Source: Gallionella sp.
GTDB taxonomy: Bacteria; Pseudomonadota; Gammaproteobacteria; Burkholderiales; Gallionellaceae
Assembly (NCBI GenBank): GCA_049294375.1
Contig: JBAQCT010000155.1
Location: 5,974-69,973 of the forward strand
DNA: 64,000 bases
Direction of reading: 5' to 3'
The notes under the pieces were generated by a model, which had not been told where the DNA came from, did not search any database, and worked only from the letters and a program-made list of their open reading frames with translations. The first letter of the stretch is position 1. The number at the start of each line of letters is the position of its first letter. Of the stretch, positions 40,475-50,589 are shown one piece after another. The translations under genes and the position numbers were made by a program.

Positions 40475-42157
40475 TTATCTTCGATCAGCATCTAAAGCAA
40501 TGTTCCTGACGCGTTTAATGATAGCTGTAACAAACGGGATTTTCTCTGCGTAAAAACGCAGGCGCGGGTTCCTCAGATATAACCCCTTAAGCCCATAAGC
40601 CGCATGGAGTTTAATTTTCTGCCAAGCACTATAGTTATCCGGGAAGGCTTTAAGTGTGCTGACTCGATATCGACGAAGGCAGCGTTTGCAATTGACAGGG
40701 AAATGCGGTGAGATATTGGTTTGGTGAAAGTTGTTGTAAATATCTATCGCTTGGCATTCTGGGCATTGTAAAGTGATGGAATAATAATTGGTGCCCTCTT
40801 TGTCGCAACCAGTTTTGTGTGAAGCTATCACTTTTCCACGGGTTTTAAAACGGCTATCCGCCATGTATATATTGGTTTTCGATAGGATCGCACTAAATTT
40901 TAAGTCCGGCATTTCCGTTAGGTTGATGATTGGAAATTTATTTTTCATGTATTCGAACTCATCCTTAATCAGCCCCTTTTTTAAGGCTAACTGGTAAAGC
41001 CTGGAATTCGGTATTGTGAGTATCGGATAAAGAGCGAGGTCATACTCAGGATGTTTTTTCCACCACTCTAGGGAAATTTCGAATGTTTCTTCAGTTTCAG
41101 CTGGGTCGCCGATTAGAATGTTGCCTGTAACGCCGATTTTTGCTTCACGAGTAGTTCGAAGCGCATCTTCGATTTGCTTTGAAGTGATTTTCTTCTTCAT
41201 GCTTATCAGAATATCGTCGTTGACGCTCTCAATACCATAACTTATCAACATAAGCCCTGATGCCTTCAGGGTCCGCAGCAGAGCCAAGTTTACATCACCG
41301 ACCCTGAGTTGAGCCGTCCATAAGAGATGGTATGGTGTAATTCGAGCGGCAAATTCCAACATGCGATCTTCTTTAATTGAAAAAAGATCGTCCATTAATC
41401 CAATGGCATTAATACCGTAATTTTCTCTTAAAAAATCTATTTCTTTAAATACATTTTCTATCGAACGTTGCCGATATACACGCCCCAAAGGCTGATAGCA
41501 GAATGTGCATGAAAAAGGGCAGGAGCGTGATGAAATAATATTAGCCAGCCGCACATCATCCAGCATTTGAAAAGGGCTGGCGTTTGGTTTCATTAGCGCT
41601 ACATGCCGCTCAAATTCCCATCCTTCATAATCTGGCATAGGGAGAGCATCCAACTCCATAATCGCTTTTCTTTCCCCTGTAGAAACAAATTTTCCTTGCT
41701 TATCTTTAAAGACAATGCCGGTCACAGCAGACACATCACCGCCGTTGCAAAGAGTTTCTGCAAGTTCAGCCATGGTGTACTCGCCCTCTTTAGTTACACC
41801 ATAATCAATTTGCATATTTTCGATTGAAAGCTGCGGGTGTGCTGTGATAATCGCTCCACCTACCACTGTGATTATCTTTGGATTGATTCGCTTGGTGATT
41901 TCTAGAACTTCATTAATGCCATCAAATTGAACGGACATGCCACCCAAGCAAACCACGTTAATTTCATCTGAGATGATTTTCTTTCTTAATCGAGTTTCGA
42001 CGGATTCATTACTTGCAAAATTTAAATCTAAATAATGAGGGTGAAATCCCCGCTCCTTCATGACGGCTGTCACATATGCTAAACCATAAGGGAAGCCGTG
42101 TTGCTCCTTGTCACGTGTTTCTTTTTGCATCACAAAAAGAAAATTTAGATTGCCCAT
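40475..42157 (-). CDS. Cobalamin-binding (class B) radical SAM enzyme with C-terminal Cys4 zinc-ribbon-like tail
   Basis: B12-type domain (VVCLGGMSVQF...IITVVGGAIITAHP), CPFSCTFC motif, and C-terminal CPECQ...CKRC. Confidence 0.88.
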   Translation of the reverse strand: MGNLNFLFVMQKETRDKEQHGFPYGLAYVTAVMKERGFHPHYLDLNFASNESVETRLRKKIISDEINVVCLGGMSVQFDGINEVLEITKRINPKIITVVGGAIITAHPQLSIENMQIDYGVTKEGEYTMAELAETLCNGGDVSAVTGIVFKDKQGKFVSTGERKAIMELDALPMPDYEGWEFERHVALMKPNASPFQMLDDVRLANIISSRSCPFSCTFCYQPLGRVYRQRSIENVFKEIDFLRENYGINAIGLMDDLFSIKEDRMLEFAARITPYHLLWTAQLRVGDVNLALLRTLKASGLMLISYGIESVNDDILISMKKKITSKQIEDALRTTREAKIGVTGNILIGDPAETEETFEISLEWWKKHPEYDLALYPILTIPNSRLYQLALKKGLIKDEFEYMKNKFPIINLTEMPDLKFSAILSKTNIYMADSRFKTRGKVIASHKTGCDKEGTNYYSITLQCPECQAIDIYNNFHQTNISPHFPVNCKRCLRRYRVSTLKAFPDNYSAWQKIKLHAAYGLKGLYLRNPRLRFYAEKIPFVTAIIKRVRNIALDADRR

Positions 42158-42270
42158 AAAAAACTTTTTATTTTTACGCTGAGGGAAAGATTGGAAATCA
42201 CCTGGAATTTTGACTATTAATGGAGGCTGTGGTGAACTGCCGCCAATTCATTGCCTACAAAACGCTATCA

Positions 42271-43521
42271 TCAATTCAATAAGTGTGGGTGGGATTCAAT
42301 AAAGTTAGGCCACATGATAGCCAGCTTATCAATCGCCAAAGCTTGCGAGCTTCCTCTTTGCCACTCTGCCCATTCAGCGTCTGAAATAGACCGTTCAATG
42401 AATCTGCGGTACATCGCCTTGGTGATTTCCAAGATATCGTCTTCTGAATTATCCTCAAATGTTAGACCCAGATTTTCCATTGTGTACATTAAGTCAAACA
42501 TCGAGTTTGGTTTGTGGAATAGAGCAAAATAGTCTCTAATACTTATATAATTTCCTGACTCTTTGTATTTGATTAATTTTGGGATGGTTAAACGATCTCT
42601 CCTGCCGATGTCCATAAAACCCCACAAATAGTAATTCACCATGGCCATTGGAACATCAGTAATTCTCGATAGATCAATTGTTCCCGATGCATTGCCGACA
42701 GAAAAATTACAGTGACAAGCCAAGTAGAAATCCGCAAAGTCAGATTTGAAAGGGCTAAAAGGATAATCAATAAAGCGTGGGTGCGAATAGGCAACCCTGT
42801 TTTTTACGACGCTCCCCATCCTTATAACATAGCCCCCCTTGGAGATAATATAATCAATGGCTTTGCAATATGTATTTATATCCGAATCTCGGCACTGATG
42901 ATGGAGTTTATACGCGTCAAGCTGACGTGTTAAGTTTTCGTTGTACGCAGAATCTCTGGCGGAAAAGCAAACATACCAAGATTGGCCAAAGGTAATCCCC
43001 ATTCTTCGTAGTAGGTCGCGTCCCTCAGCATGGTGCTCGTGAGAGAACCATTGTATCAATGTCGGTTTCTGGAAAGAGTCATCATTTAGTTTTAGGACTT
43101 CTGCGGAGCCGATTAATCGAAATTTACTTGTTATCCTCGCCAATGGTGCTAGCAATATCCTGATTGGCAAATTGGTAACAACTTGCACCTTTGACTTCAT
43201 TAAATCAAAAAAGAATTTATTTGAAATTTTCTTGGGGTTGATTAAAAATATATCTTTGGTGGTTTGATGGCATTCTGACTGTCTTCTTCTAAGGTAAGAA
43301 TCCAACGTGGCAACCCATCCGCCGATATGTCTTGTATCGATCTCAAACACGCGAATCCTTCTATTCGTGATGACTAGGTAGATAGTTGCAATTAAATAAA
43401 CTAATGGAAATACCGCCCAATTGCAGAAATATTCCAAATTTCTAGTTATGAGGTGAAACACGCTAACGCTAATTTGGCGATCTTTGAGCCTCGCTTTTAT
43501 CAGCTTGAGGTTTATGACCAT
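42271..43521 (-). CDS. Uncharacterised 416-aa protein (putative non-canonical glycosyltransferase)
   Basis: Clean ORF overlapping the upstream rSAM gene by 10 nt. It has N-terminal TM-like helices. The C-terminal half (CRDSDINTY...GGYVIRMGS...FYLACHCNFSVGNASG) loosely resembles orphan surface-carbohydrate transferase families. No secure motif. Confidence 0.4.
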   Translation of the reverse strand: MVINLKLIKARLKDRQISVSVFHLITRNLEYFCNWAVFPLVYLIATIYLVITNRRIRVFEIDTRHIGGWVATLDSYLRRRQSECHQTTKDIFLINPKKISNKFFFDLMKSKVQVVTNLPIRILLAPLARITSKFRLIGSAEVLKLNDDSFQKPTLIQWFSHEHHAEGRDLLRRMGITFGQSWYVCFSARDSAYNENLTRQLDAYKLHHQCRDSDINTYCKAIDYIISKGGYVIRMGSVVKNRVAYSHPRFIDYPFSPFKSDFADFYLACHCNFSVGNASGTIDLSRITDVPMAMVNYYLWGFMDIGRRDRLTIPKLIKYKESGNYISIRDYFALFHKPNSMFDLMYTMENLGLTFEDNSEDDILEITKAMYRRFIERSISDAEWAEWQRGSSQALAIDKLAIMWPNFIESHPHLLN

Positions 43522-44501
43522 TCGGCGTTGTCCAATGCGGATAATTTATTGTAATACGTGTAAAGGGGGGAGCGACGAATCAGATGACCGTCCTGAATCT
43601 CTTCTGTGTAGGATTCCTGACTCCACCCATTACAAGAAGAGCAAATAGCTATTTCATCCCACCGCCCCGCCTCGTGGAGCTTTCTGGCAGCATTAAACTT
43701 TTCACCGTTCCATATGTCGCTCAAATTTTCATTGAAAGCATTGCCCACATTTGTAGTTCTGAAACCATCCAGGCAGCAAATACTCACAGTGCCATCGCTG
43801 TGAATGGGCATGGTTTTATATAAAGCTGGGCAAGGTGTCCTATCCTTCGGAGAGGCCAAATTATAAAAATGACCATTCTCGAATTGGTGGCTAATCCGGA
43901 TAACATCAACCTCCCCAAGCCAGCGGGCCACAAACGCATCCAATTCACCTTCGTTTGCTTTTTGAACAGTAAAGGAAACGCCAATACGCGGGTAGATTTT
44001 GCTGCCACGAGCAGTAAGCATTTTTGTAACAGCTCTTTCCAGCACAGAAATCTTATTGATTCCTCGAACTTTCATTAGGGTCGAAGGAGTAACCGCATCA
44101 ATACTGAACATAATTGCATCAAGCTGCACTTCAACAAAAAATTTTGCTAGTTCATCAGTTAGTGCGATCCCATTAGTGTTCATCGCCACTTTGAGGCCTT
44201 TGCTCTTTATCAGTGAAACATACTTGGTAAAATTCGGCACTATTAAAGGCTCTGCCCAAAGAGAGGGATGCACCATAGGGCGAGACTCATATAATTGCTC
44301 AAGTATAGTTAGCGCATATTGCTCTGGCATAATGCCTTTTACTTTTTCTGATTTAATGCCATTGTTCTCGTTCCAAATAAGGCATTGTGGGCACCTCAAA
44401 TTACAATCTGTAGCAAAATCAATCAGGACTCTTAAGGGGAAATCTGGAAGATTTGGAATTGATTCTGGATTGCCAACGGCAAGGTTTTTCATTTTATTCA
44501 T
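43512..44501 (-). CDS. Radical SAM enzyme with C-terminal SPASM/twitch-like domain
   Basis: CNLRCPQC motif. C-terminal CPALYKTMPIHSDGTVSICC...CSSCNGW. Confidence 0.85.
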   Translation of the reverse strand: MNKMKNLAVGNPESIPNLPDFPLRVLIDFATDCNLRCPQCLIWNENNGIKSEKVKGIMPEQYALTILEQLYESRPMVHPSLWAEPLIVPNFTKYVSLIKSKGLKVAMNTNGIALTDELAKFFVEVQLDAIMFSIDAVTPSTLMKVRGINKISVLERAVTKMLTARGSKIYPRIGVSFTVQKANEGELDAFVARWLGEVDVIRISHQFENGHFYNLASPKDRTPCPALYKTMPIHSDGTVSICCLDGFRTTNVGNAFNENLSDIWNGEKFNAARKLHEAGRWDEIAICSSCNGWSQESYTEEIQDGHLIRRSPLYTYYNKLSALDNAEWS

Positions 44502-44504
44502 AGA

Positions 44505-45659
44505 TTACTTCCTGGGTATTGCATAAATGACTGTTTCGACTGCACCACCGTCTTGCTGGCGCAGATGCAGTTGATAATCGGATTGCATCGCATGAATCAA
44601 CTCAGGTACTCGCCAAAGATGGTCGGGGGCGTGATAGGCTGAAATTGCGAGTATTGGGTGGTGACGCAGGATGCTGGTGCGCGCACCTTCTAAGGCTTCT
44701 ATTTCAGCGCCCTCGATATTAAGTTTGATGTAGCTAACTGGTGCACTATTCAGCACCTCGTCAATGCTTATCACAGGCACCTCAACTTCGCCCACATTGG
44801 ATAGTAAAGCTGCGCGTGATGCGTCATTGACGAACCGCAGTATCCCTTTGCGGCGGTGCAGGCCGACCTTCATTGGCTCTACACGTGGCTCACTGGCAAA
44901 GTTTGATTTTAGGCGCGAGTAGGTAATAGGGTCTGGCTCAAAAGCAATGATGCGACTAAATTGCCCATCAGAAGCCGCAATGTATCTACGAATCGTATCG
45001 CCATCAAAAGCGCCACCATCAATATATGTTGCGTCAGCGCTAAAGCTAACCAAATCGCGTGACAAAAAGGCGTCCAAATCAAGCAATGGTTCCAGCAATA
45101 AGACATTCATTGTTAAGCGAAAACCAATGATGGCATCAAGCGTGCGCAAGGACAGAGCGTCACCGGCTAGAATATTTTTCAGCGCCTCGTAGTGAGTACG
45201 GTTGTTCCACAAATCCTCAAGCCAATCAGCGTAAAACATATGTGGTGAAAATATATTGGGGTACAGCACCTGCAACAAAGCAAAAGGTGCATATACATGC
45301 GCACCAAGAGCACGCAGTTCGTTTACGGCTGCTAACGGCTTATGTGAGGCAATAATAATTGGGATATCATCACCCGGGAGAGACATGACATCAGCGATCG
45401 GTCGAACCGCATGCCCGCAAAAGTCATTTCCGTGTTTAGTATGATCTCCATCGCACACTGCCAAAACTTCAATGCCGTGAGTCTGGCACAGAGCGATCAA
45501 TCGTTCCCCTTCTGGTGCTGCTCCAACAATGACCAACTTCAATAATTTATCCAAAGCATAGGCAGGGTAACGAATAGCAAGCCCCGCACGCATGGCGTTG
45601 ACATCGGCAAAGTCGCTCAAGGAGTCAAGATACGGCATCGGAGGAAATAGAGTGCTCAT
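44505..45659 (-). CDS. FkbM-family methyltransferase with N-terminal Rossmann-like extension
   Basis: YIDGGAFDGDTIRRY...IIAFEPDPITYSRL FkbM core. The N-terminal domain has KLVIVGAAPEGERL. Confidence 0.8.
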   Translation of the reverse strand: MSTLFPPMPYLDSLSDFADVNAMRAGLAIRYPAYALDKLLKLVIVGAAPEGERLIALCQTHGIEVLAVCDGDHTKHGNDFCGHAVRPIADVMSLPGDDIPIIIASHKPLAAVNELRALGAHVYAPFALLQVLYPNIFSPHMFYADWLEDLWNNRTHYEALKNILAGDALSLRTLDAIIGFRLTMNVLLLEPLLDLDAFLSRDLVSFSADATYIDGGAFDGDTIRRYIAASDGQFSRIIAFEPDPITYSRLKSNFASEPRVEPMKVGLHRRKGILRFVNDASRAALLSNVGEVEVPVISIDEVLNSAPVSYIKLNIEGAEIEALEGARTSILRHHPILAISAYHAPDHLWRVPELIHAMQSDYQLHLRQQDGGAVETVIYAIPRK

Positions 45660-46441
45660 GCGTTTTCCTTTATCAAGGGGATATCTTGTATGGTTGCCAT
45701 TGGTTCTTCCTTCAATAAGTCAGTAACTATATCCAGTAATCCCTGCGCATCCAAAGAGATCCAACTGACGCCTAGTATCTCGCCCTTCATTATCTTTCCT
45801 GAGGCTTGCAGGAACGGTTCAAATTTTGAGAAATCTCGTGGTAGCTTGCGGTGACGGCGAACGTACACGTCATGCCATTCATTCTTCCAGCCGCGACAAT
45901 AATATAGCTCTGCCGACTCAATTGGCTCAAGATAAATATCTGGTGCAACAGCCTCTTCGGCACAATGGATCGTAGTGCAGCACTCGAGACCAACTCCAAG
46001 CAGAAGAATCTTGCCGCTACATCGCGCAATTTGCCCAAATCCACTGCTCATAGGGCAAGGAGTTGCCAGCGCGTGGTGGCCTTCCAGAATATCCCGAACA
46101 CGCGATCCCCACCCGGCGACGGAGTGCGTAGGGTGTACGCTTCTTGACTGAGCGTATTGCTTGCGAAATATCTCTGGTAACAAACCGACATTACCCGCTG
46201 TTATCCGAACATCGAACAGTGGGTTAAGTTGAGTTACAATTCGCCATGACATTGTCGGCATCAACAACATCCCGCCGCCGCCAAGGGCAGCTATCGCTTC
46301 CTCAATAAACCACTCTGCTCGCAATCCCTGCTGCCCAAGTGCGCGAAAGGCACTATGCACCAGCAAAGCATCTCCCGTCTTAATGCATGCTGCTCCCAAA
46401 AGGTCGCGAATCGCTTGACGGCCTTTTGCTTGGCTTAACAT
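45656..46441 (-). CDS. AAC(3)-family (aminoglycoside N3-acetyltransferase fold) acetyltransferase, here probably an amino-sugar N-acetyltransferase
   Basis: Family blocks LLVHSAFRALG, LLMPTMSW, SVHPTHSVAGWG and CTTIHCAEE. Confidence 0.8.
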   Translation of the reverse strand: MLSQAKGRQAIRDLLGAACIKTGDALLVHSAFRALGQQGLRAEWFIEEAIAALGGGGMLLMPTMSWRIVTQLNPLFDVRITAGNVGLLPEIFRKQYAQSRSVHPTHSVAGWGSRVRDILEGHHALATPCPMSSGFGQIARCSGKILLLGVGLECCTTIHCAEEAVAPDIYLEPIESAELYYCRGWKNEWHDVYVRRHRKLPRDFSKFEPFLQASGKIMKGEILGVSWISLDAQGLLDIVTDLLKEEPMATIQDIPLIKENA

Positions 46442-47682
46442 CGATAATGGCCCTCCACCTTTAGCAAAGCGCTCACTACATCCCTAATTTCGCGTTCCCC
46501 GTATTTTTCGTTCAAATAAAGGCAGAAAGTGGAATCACGCATATATCTGGCATTAACAGTCTCAAAATCGTCGGCTAGGTAAGGGTGTAACCATGGCCAA
46601 TCGCGAACCAAGTACTTGTAATGTGGATTTAGAGTAATCCCCTCTGCCAGAACCGCCGAAGTAAAAGTAGCCATATCGCAATGCAGCCTCGATTGGTCGA
46701 CCAATACAGGGTAGATAAAAGGCGAGTCACCGTCGGTTGCCGGATAGGATCGAATGGCACTTGAAGAAACCAAACCTTCCTCGAGGCCTCGAACAAATGC
46801 CATACGTGCTGCAATACTGTCTGGCAGCCTTGCGAGAGAAGCAATTCCAATCGCGCAAGAAATTTCGTCCGTGTGCAGATTCAGTGCGGGAAACAAGTAG
46901 CCGGACGGATCACGGTCATTAAAATCCGCGCGCCAGCGCGGCTTGCCACGATCGGCGTGTGCTAACGCCATGTGAAACAAATCTTCGTCTCTCGCATAGA
47001 CGACACCGCCACTGGCTCCAGTCATGTGCGCCTTTCGGTACATGGTGGAGAATGCCGCAATGTCGCCAAAGGTGCCAACCTTTTGCCCCTTCCAAGTGGC
47101 GCCATGAGCCTGTGAACAGTCCTCGACCACTTTTATACCGTGACAATGGGCCACCTCTACGATGGCGCCAATGGGGGAAGCCTGCCCGGCGGAATGCACG
47201 ACCACCGCAGCTCTCACCTGAGGATCAATCCGTTCAGCCAGTTGCTCTGGCCCGACGTTGTAGCTGCCCGGCATGCTGTCCATCAGCTTGGGCACAAGCC
47301 CATTAAGCACGATGGCGCTGAGTGTGCCAGGGTCGGTGATGGGCGAAACCAGCACTTTCGAACTCTTGGGTAGCGAGAGGGCGGCGATGGCGACATACAG
47401 TGCCGCAGTGCCGGTCGCCACGGCATCCGCATGCCCGCCTCCCAGATAGGCTTCGAAATCACGGCAGTAGCGCTCCTCAAAGTACCCCTGATAGCCTGGG
47501 TCCGCTTGTCGGCTACGGTAATAGTCCAAGCACTCGGCGATCATCGCCTCCTCGGCTGGTCCTAGAGCGAAACGGGGAGGCATCGGCTGGTCTCGCACCG
47601 GCGCACCGCCATTAATGGCTAGGCGTGAATCAGGCATGTAGTCGAAAATCATTAGAATGGAACCATAAGGCGAGGGCGTCAT
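46435..47682 (-). CDS. DegT/DnrJ/EryC1/StrS-family PLP-dependent aminotransferase
   Basis: LAINGGAPVR N-terminus and GTFGDIAAFSTMYRKAHMTGASGG with a Lys. An alternative start is ATG 47637. Confidence 0.85.
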   Translation of the reverse strand: MTPSPYGSILMIFDYMPDSRLAINGGAPVRDQPMPPRFALGPAEEAMIAECLDYYRSRQADPGYQGYFEERYCRDFEAYLGGGHADAVATGTAALYVAIAALSLPKSSKVLVSPITDPGTLSAIVLNGLVPKLMDSMPGSYNVGPEQLAERIDPQVRAAVVVHSAGQASPIGAIVEVAHCHGIKVVEDCSQAHGATWKGQKVGTFGDIAAFSTMYRKAHMTGASGGVVYARDEDLFHMALAHADRGKPRWRADFNDRDPSGYLFPALNLHTDEISCAIGIASLARLPDSIAARMAFVRGLEEGLVSSSAIRSYPATDGDSPFIYPVLVDQSRLHCDMATFTSAVLAEGITLNPHYKYLVRDWPWLHPYLADDFETVNARYMRDSTFCLYLNEKYGEREIRDVVSALLKVEGHYRC

Positions 47683-47729
47683 AGGGGGCGAGTCGCGGCA
47701 AGGCCAGAACTTGATCCCGGGTGAAGGCT

Positions 47730-48086
47730 TTAAAAGCTTTCCCCCTCACCAAGGCGCAGCAATGGCATGATCGCCACTGGCAGGCGGATCTCGAAAAACT
47801 CGCGGTAGACTCGCGCCAAGCCTATCGGCACCAAATCAAACTCGATGCGTGTCAGCGGTCGCAATTCGGTGTTGGTAACTGTCAGGCCTAATTCCTCCTT
47901 GAGTTCCCGACACAGCGCCTCTGTCGGCTGCTCGTCTTTTTCAACACCCCCGCCGAACAGGCACCAATGACCGGGGAAGAAAATACCCTTTTTGTTATCG
48001 CGCAGTTGCAAAAGATAGCGATCATCGTCGAACACGATGATCGCTGCTGCTGCGTTCCCCGGTTGCAATCTCGTTCGGTCGGCCAC
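47730..48086 (-). CDS. Nudix hydrolase
   Basis: Perfect Nudix box GGGVEKDEQPTEALCRELKEELGL (Gx5Ex7REUxEExGU). Confidence 0.88.
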   Translation of the reverse strand: MADRTRLQPGNAAAAIIVFDDDRYLLQLRDNKKGIFFPGHWCLFGGGVEKDEQPTEALCRELKEELGLTVTNTELRPLTRIEFDLVPIGLARVYREFFEIRLPVAIMPLLRLGEGESF

Positions 48087-48103
48087 GTGATGGTCAATGT
48101 ACG

Positions 48104-49018
48104 TCAGAGGAGCACCTCTAGCACATTTTCAACACTCAAGCCGTGGGCGTGCAAGAGTTCTTCATGAGTGCCGTAGCAATGAATGAAATCATCCTTCAAC
48201 GAAAAGCAATTTAATGTGCACCGGGCAGCCATATCCCACGCAATTTCCTTGACTCGCGAACCTAAACCTCCATGGGGAACGTGTTCTTCAATCACCACCA
48301 CTCGGCTGTGGCTTTCGAGTACCTGGCGGATACCGTCCTTGTCCAACGGCTTGATGGTGTGGCATGAGAGCACAGAGACTGAGAGGCCTTTAGCCTCTAG
48401 CTTCTTCGAGGTATCGAATGCCATGGCAACGGTAATGCCGTAAGAGAGAATGGCAACGTCGCTCCCTTTCTTAAGATATCGAACTTTGCCTAGCACAAAG
48501 GGATCAGCAGCCTTTGCAGTCAAGTTCGGCTCACCAGCCTTGCCCAGTCGCATGTAGACTGGGCCTTTGCTCTGGGTAGCGCACCAACGGGTGGCTAAGC
48601 CCATCTCATCTGGGTCACACGGAGCCAGTACCGTCATATTTGGAATTGCACTGGCGACTGCAATGTCCTCCATGGTATGGTGAGTGCTCCCTAGGTTAGA
48701 GTAAATTACTCCGGCACCCATGCCTATTACCGTAACGGGTAGATTTTGGTAACAGAGGTCGACCCGCACCATTTCAAACGGGCGATACAGTGAAAATGTG
48801 GCAATAGTGTAGCAAAAAGGGCGCAGTCCACGCATGGCTAGCCCTGCTGCTATACCGATCATCGACGCCTCGGCCACACCGCAATTGATAAATCGCTCAG
48901 GGAATTCCTTCTGAAACCGTACCATCGATCCGGCTGGAGAGATATCGGCAACGAGCGCACAAATACGATGATCTTCAGCGCCCACTTGATAGACTGTGTC
49001 CGCGAATCTATTTCTCAT
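48104..49018 (-). CDS. Transketolase, C-terminal (pyrimidine-binding) subunit of a split enzyme
   Basis: FINCGVAEASMIGIAAGLA block. 304 aa. Overlaps the N-terminal subunit gene by 11 nt. Confidence 0.88.
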   Translation of the reverse strand: MRNRFADTVYQVGAEDHRICALVADISPAGSMVRFQKEFPERFINCGVAEASMIGIAAGLAMRGLRPFCYTIATFSLYRPFEMVRVDLCYQNLPVTVIGMGAGVIYSNLGSTHHTMEDIAVASAIPNMTVLAPCDPDEMGLATRWCATQSKGPVYMRLGKAGEPNLTAKAADPFVLGKVRYLKKGSDVAILSYGITVAMAFDTSKKLEAKGLSVSVLSCHTIKPLDKDGIRQVLESHSRVVVIEEHVPHGGLGSRVKEIAWDMAARCTLNCFSLKDDFIHCYGTHEELLHAHGLSVENVLEVLL

Positions 49019-49859
49019 AATGGTTCTTCTGTAGTTCCTCTAAAGCTTGCAAGTATTCCGTGGCGTTGGGGGAGCGAAAATGCCAAATTGGTTCATTTTC
49101 CATGTATGACACACCGCGCCCTTTGACCGTGTTGCATATGAGCAGAAAAGGGTGATCACCTTTCCGGTTTTGTACTGCTTGATAAATCGCGTTAGCATCA
49201 TGACCATCGACTTCGATGCACTCCCAGCCGAAAGCTTCTACTTTTTCGCGAATCGGATAAAATTTTGGATGATTATCTCGGGTTCTCCCGAAGGACTGAA
49301 ATCCGTTGTGATCAAGAAAACCAATCAGATTCTTCACTCCAAGATTGGCGCCCATCATCATCGATTCCCACACGGACCCCTCTTGGAACTCACCATCGCT
49401 CATGAGCAGATATATTTTTCGTTCCGCCTTGAGCAGCCTATCTGCATGTGCCATGCCAACAGACATTCCCATACCATGCCCCAGCGAGCCAGTCGATGCC
49501 TCAATACCGGGGACACCGTAGTCTGGATGGCACCCCAAGCGCCCACCAACTTTGCAGTAAAGGTCCAAATCCGCGCGACGCAAGACACCCATTTGCTCCA
49601 GTACGACGTACTGCGCAATACCAGCGTGCCCCTTAGAAAGGATGAAGGTGTCGGGAGATGACCCGTCTGCAGCCCGGCGCATGAGTCCGTGATAGATACA
49701 ATCCATCATCTCCAATGCAGAAAATGCACCGGCAATGTGCAACGCGGTGACGTGCTGGGATATTTCCAAGATTCGCTGCCGATAATGCAAACAGCGCTGT
49801 GCCGATGCCGTATTGTCAAAGGGCGCTGAAGAGTCTAAAACCTCGGTGGTGGTACTCAT
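49008..49859 (-). CDS. Transketolase, N-terminal (ThDP-binding) subunit of a split enzyme
   Basis: GSLGHGMGMSVGMA and LMSDGEFQEGSVWE ThDP/metal-binding blocks. 283 aa. Confidence 0.88.
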   Translation of the reverse strand: MSTTTEVLDSSAPFDNTASAQRCLHYRQRILEISQHVTALHIAGAFSALEMMDCIYHGLMRRAADGSSPDTFILSKGHAGIAQYVVLEQMGVLRRADLDLYCKVGGRLGCHPDYGVPGIEASTGSLGHGMGMSVGMAHADRLLKAERKIYLLMSDGEFQEGSVWESMMMGANLGVKNLIGFLDHNGFQSFGRTRDNHPKFYPIREKVEAFGWECIEVDGHDANAIYQAVQNRKGDHPFLLICNTVKGRGVSYMENEPIWHFRSPNATEYLQALEELQKNHYEK

Positions 49860-49872
49860 AAGCTAGCCTTGT

Positions 49873-50523
49873 TTAATCTATGATGGTCCAGAACCAGTCA
49901 CCAGAATAGCCTGCCTCGCGAAAGAGATGCTGCCATCCATCTGGGTAGTCGTGATGCATGGCGGTCAGCACCCAACTTTCAAATAAAACTTTCTGCTCTG
50001 GTGTGCGATATGAATCGACCTGGATGAATCCTTTGCCAGGAGCTAGCCGTTCCATCTCCTGCACAGCGCGAACACACCGTTCACGGGGCAAGTTGTGCAC
50101 AGTATTGATCGATGTGACGGCTGCAAAGCTATTGTCAGGGAAAGGTAGGGATTCGGCACTTCCAAGATGCAAGCGCCCGACGACCTCCGGCTCGCAGTGC
50201 ATTAAGGCGTACTCAGAGACGTCGATCCCATAGGCATCAATGCCAAGCTCAAGCAGATCCTTGACGAGAAAGCCCTTGGCGCAGCCTACGTCCAAAAGAC
50301 GATCACCCGGCTTGAGATCAAAATGTTCGACAATATCTTTGGCAACGGATCGCCAACGGCCATCGTAACGAAAGCCACCATAGCCGTATTCGCGCGGACC
50401 GTCGAAATACATCTCGCCGTATTCCCGAGAAATGCGAATATGCTCGTCGGTTTTCGCACTCGCTCGAGCGGCGACGTTTCGCTTTCCCTGTGGAAGCGAG
50501 CGAAGCAAATTAATCTCTGCCAT
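49873..50523 (-). CDS. Class I SAM-dependent methyltransferase
   Basis: Motif I RLLDVGCAKGFLV followed by GIDVSEYAL. Confidence 0.85.
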   Translation of the reverse strand: MAEINLLRSLPQGKRNVAARASAKTDEHIRISREYGEMYFDGPREYGYGGFRYDGRWRSVAKDIVEHFDLKPGDRLLDVGCAKGFLVKDLLELGIDAYGIDVSEYALMHCEPEVVGRLHLGSAESLPFPDNSFAAVTSINTVHNLPRERCVRAVQEMERLAPGKGFIQVDSYRTPEQKVLFESWVLTAMHHDYPDGWQHLFREAGYSGDWFWTIID

Positions 50524-50589
50524 GATTGATAACCCTAATTATGTAAAACAAAATGTCGACACTGGCCTCATTCAAACATTACCACGTAC

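Noticed and set aside
45656-46441. The AAC(3)-family gene as an acquired aminoglycoside-resistance determinant.
   Set aside because: It is translationally coupled inside the biosynthetic operon and no mobile-element context surrounds it. It is treated as a pathway N-acetyltransferase pending assay.
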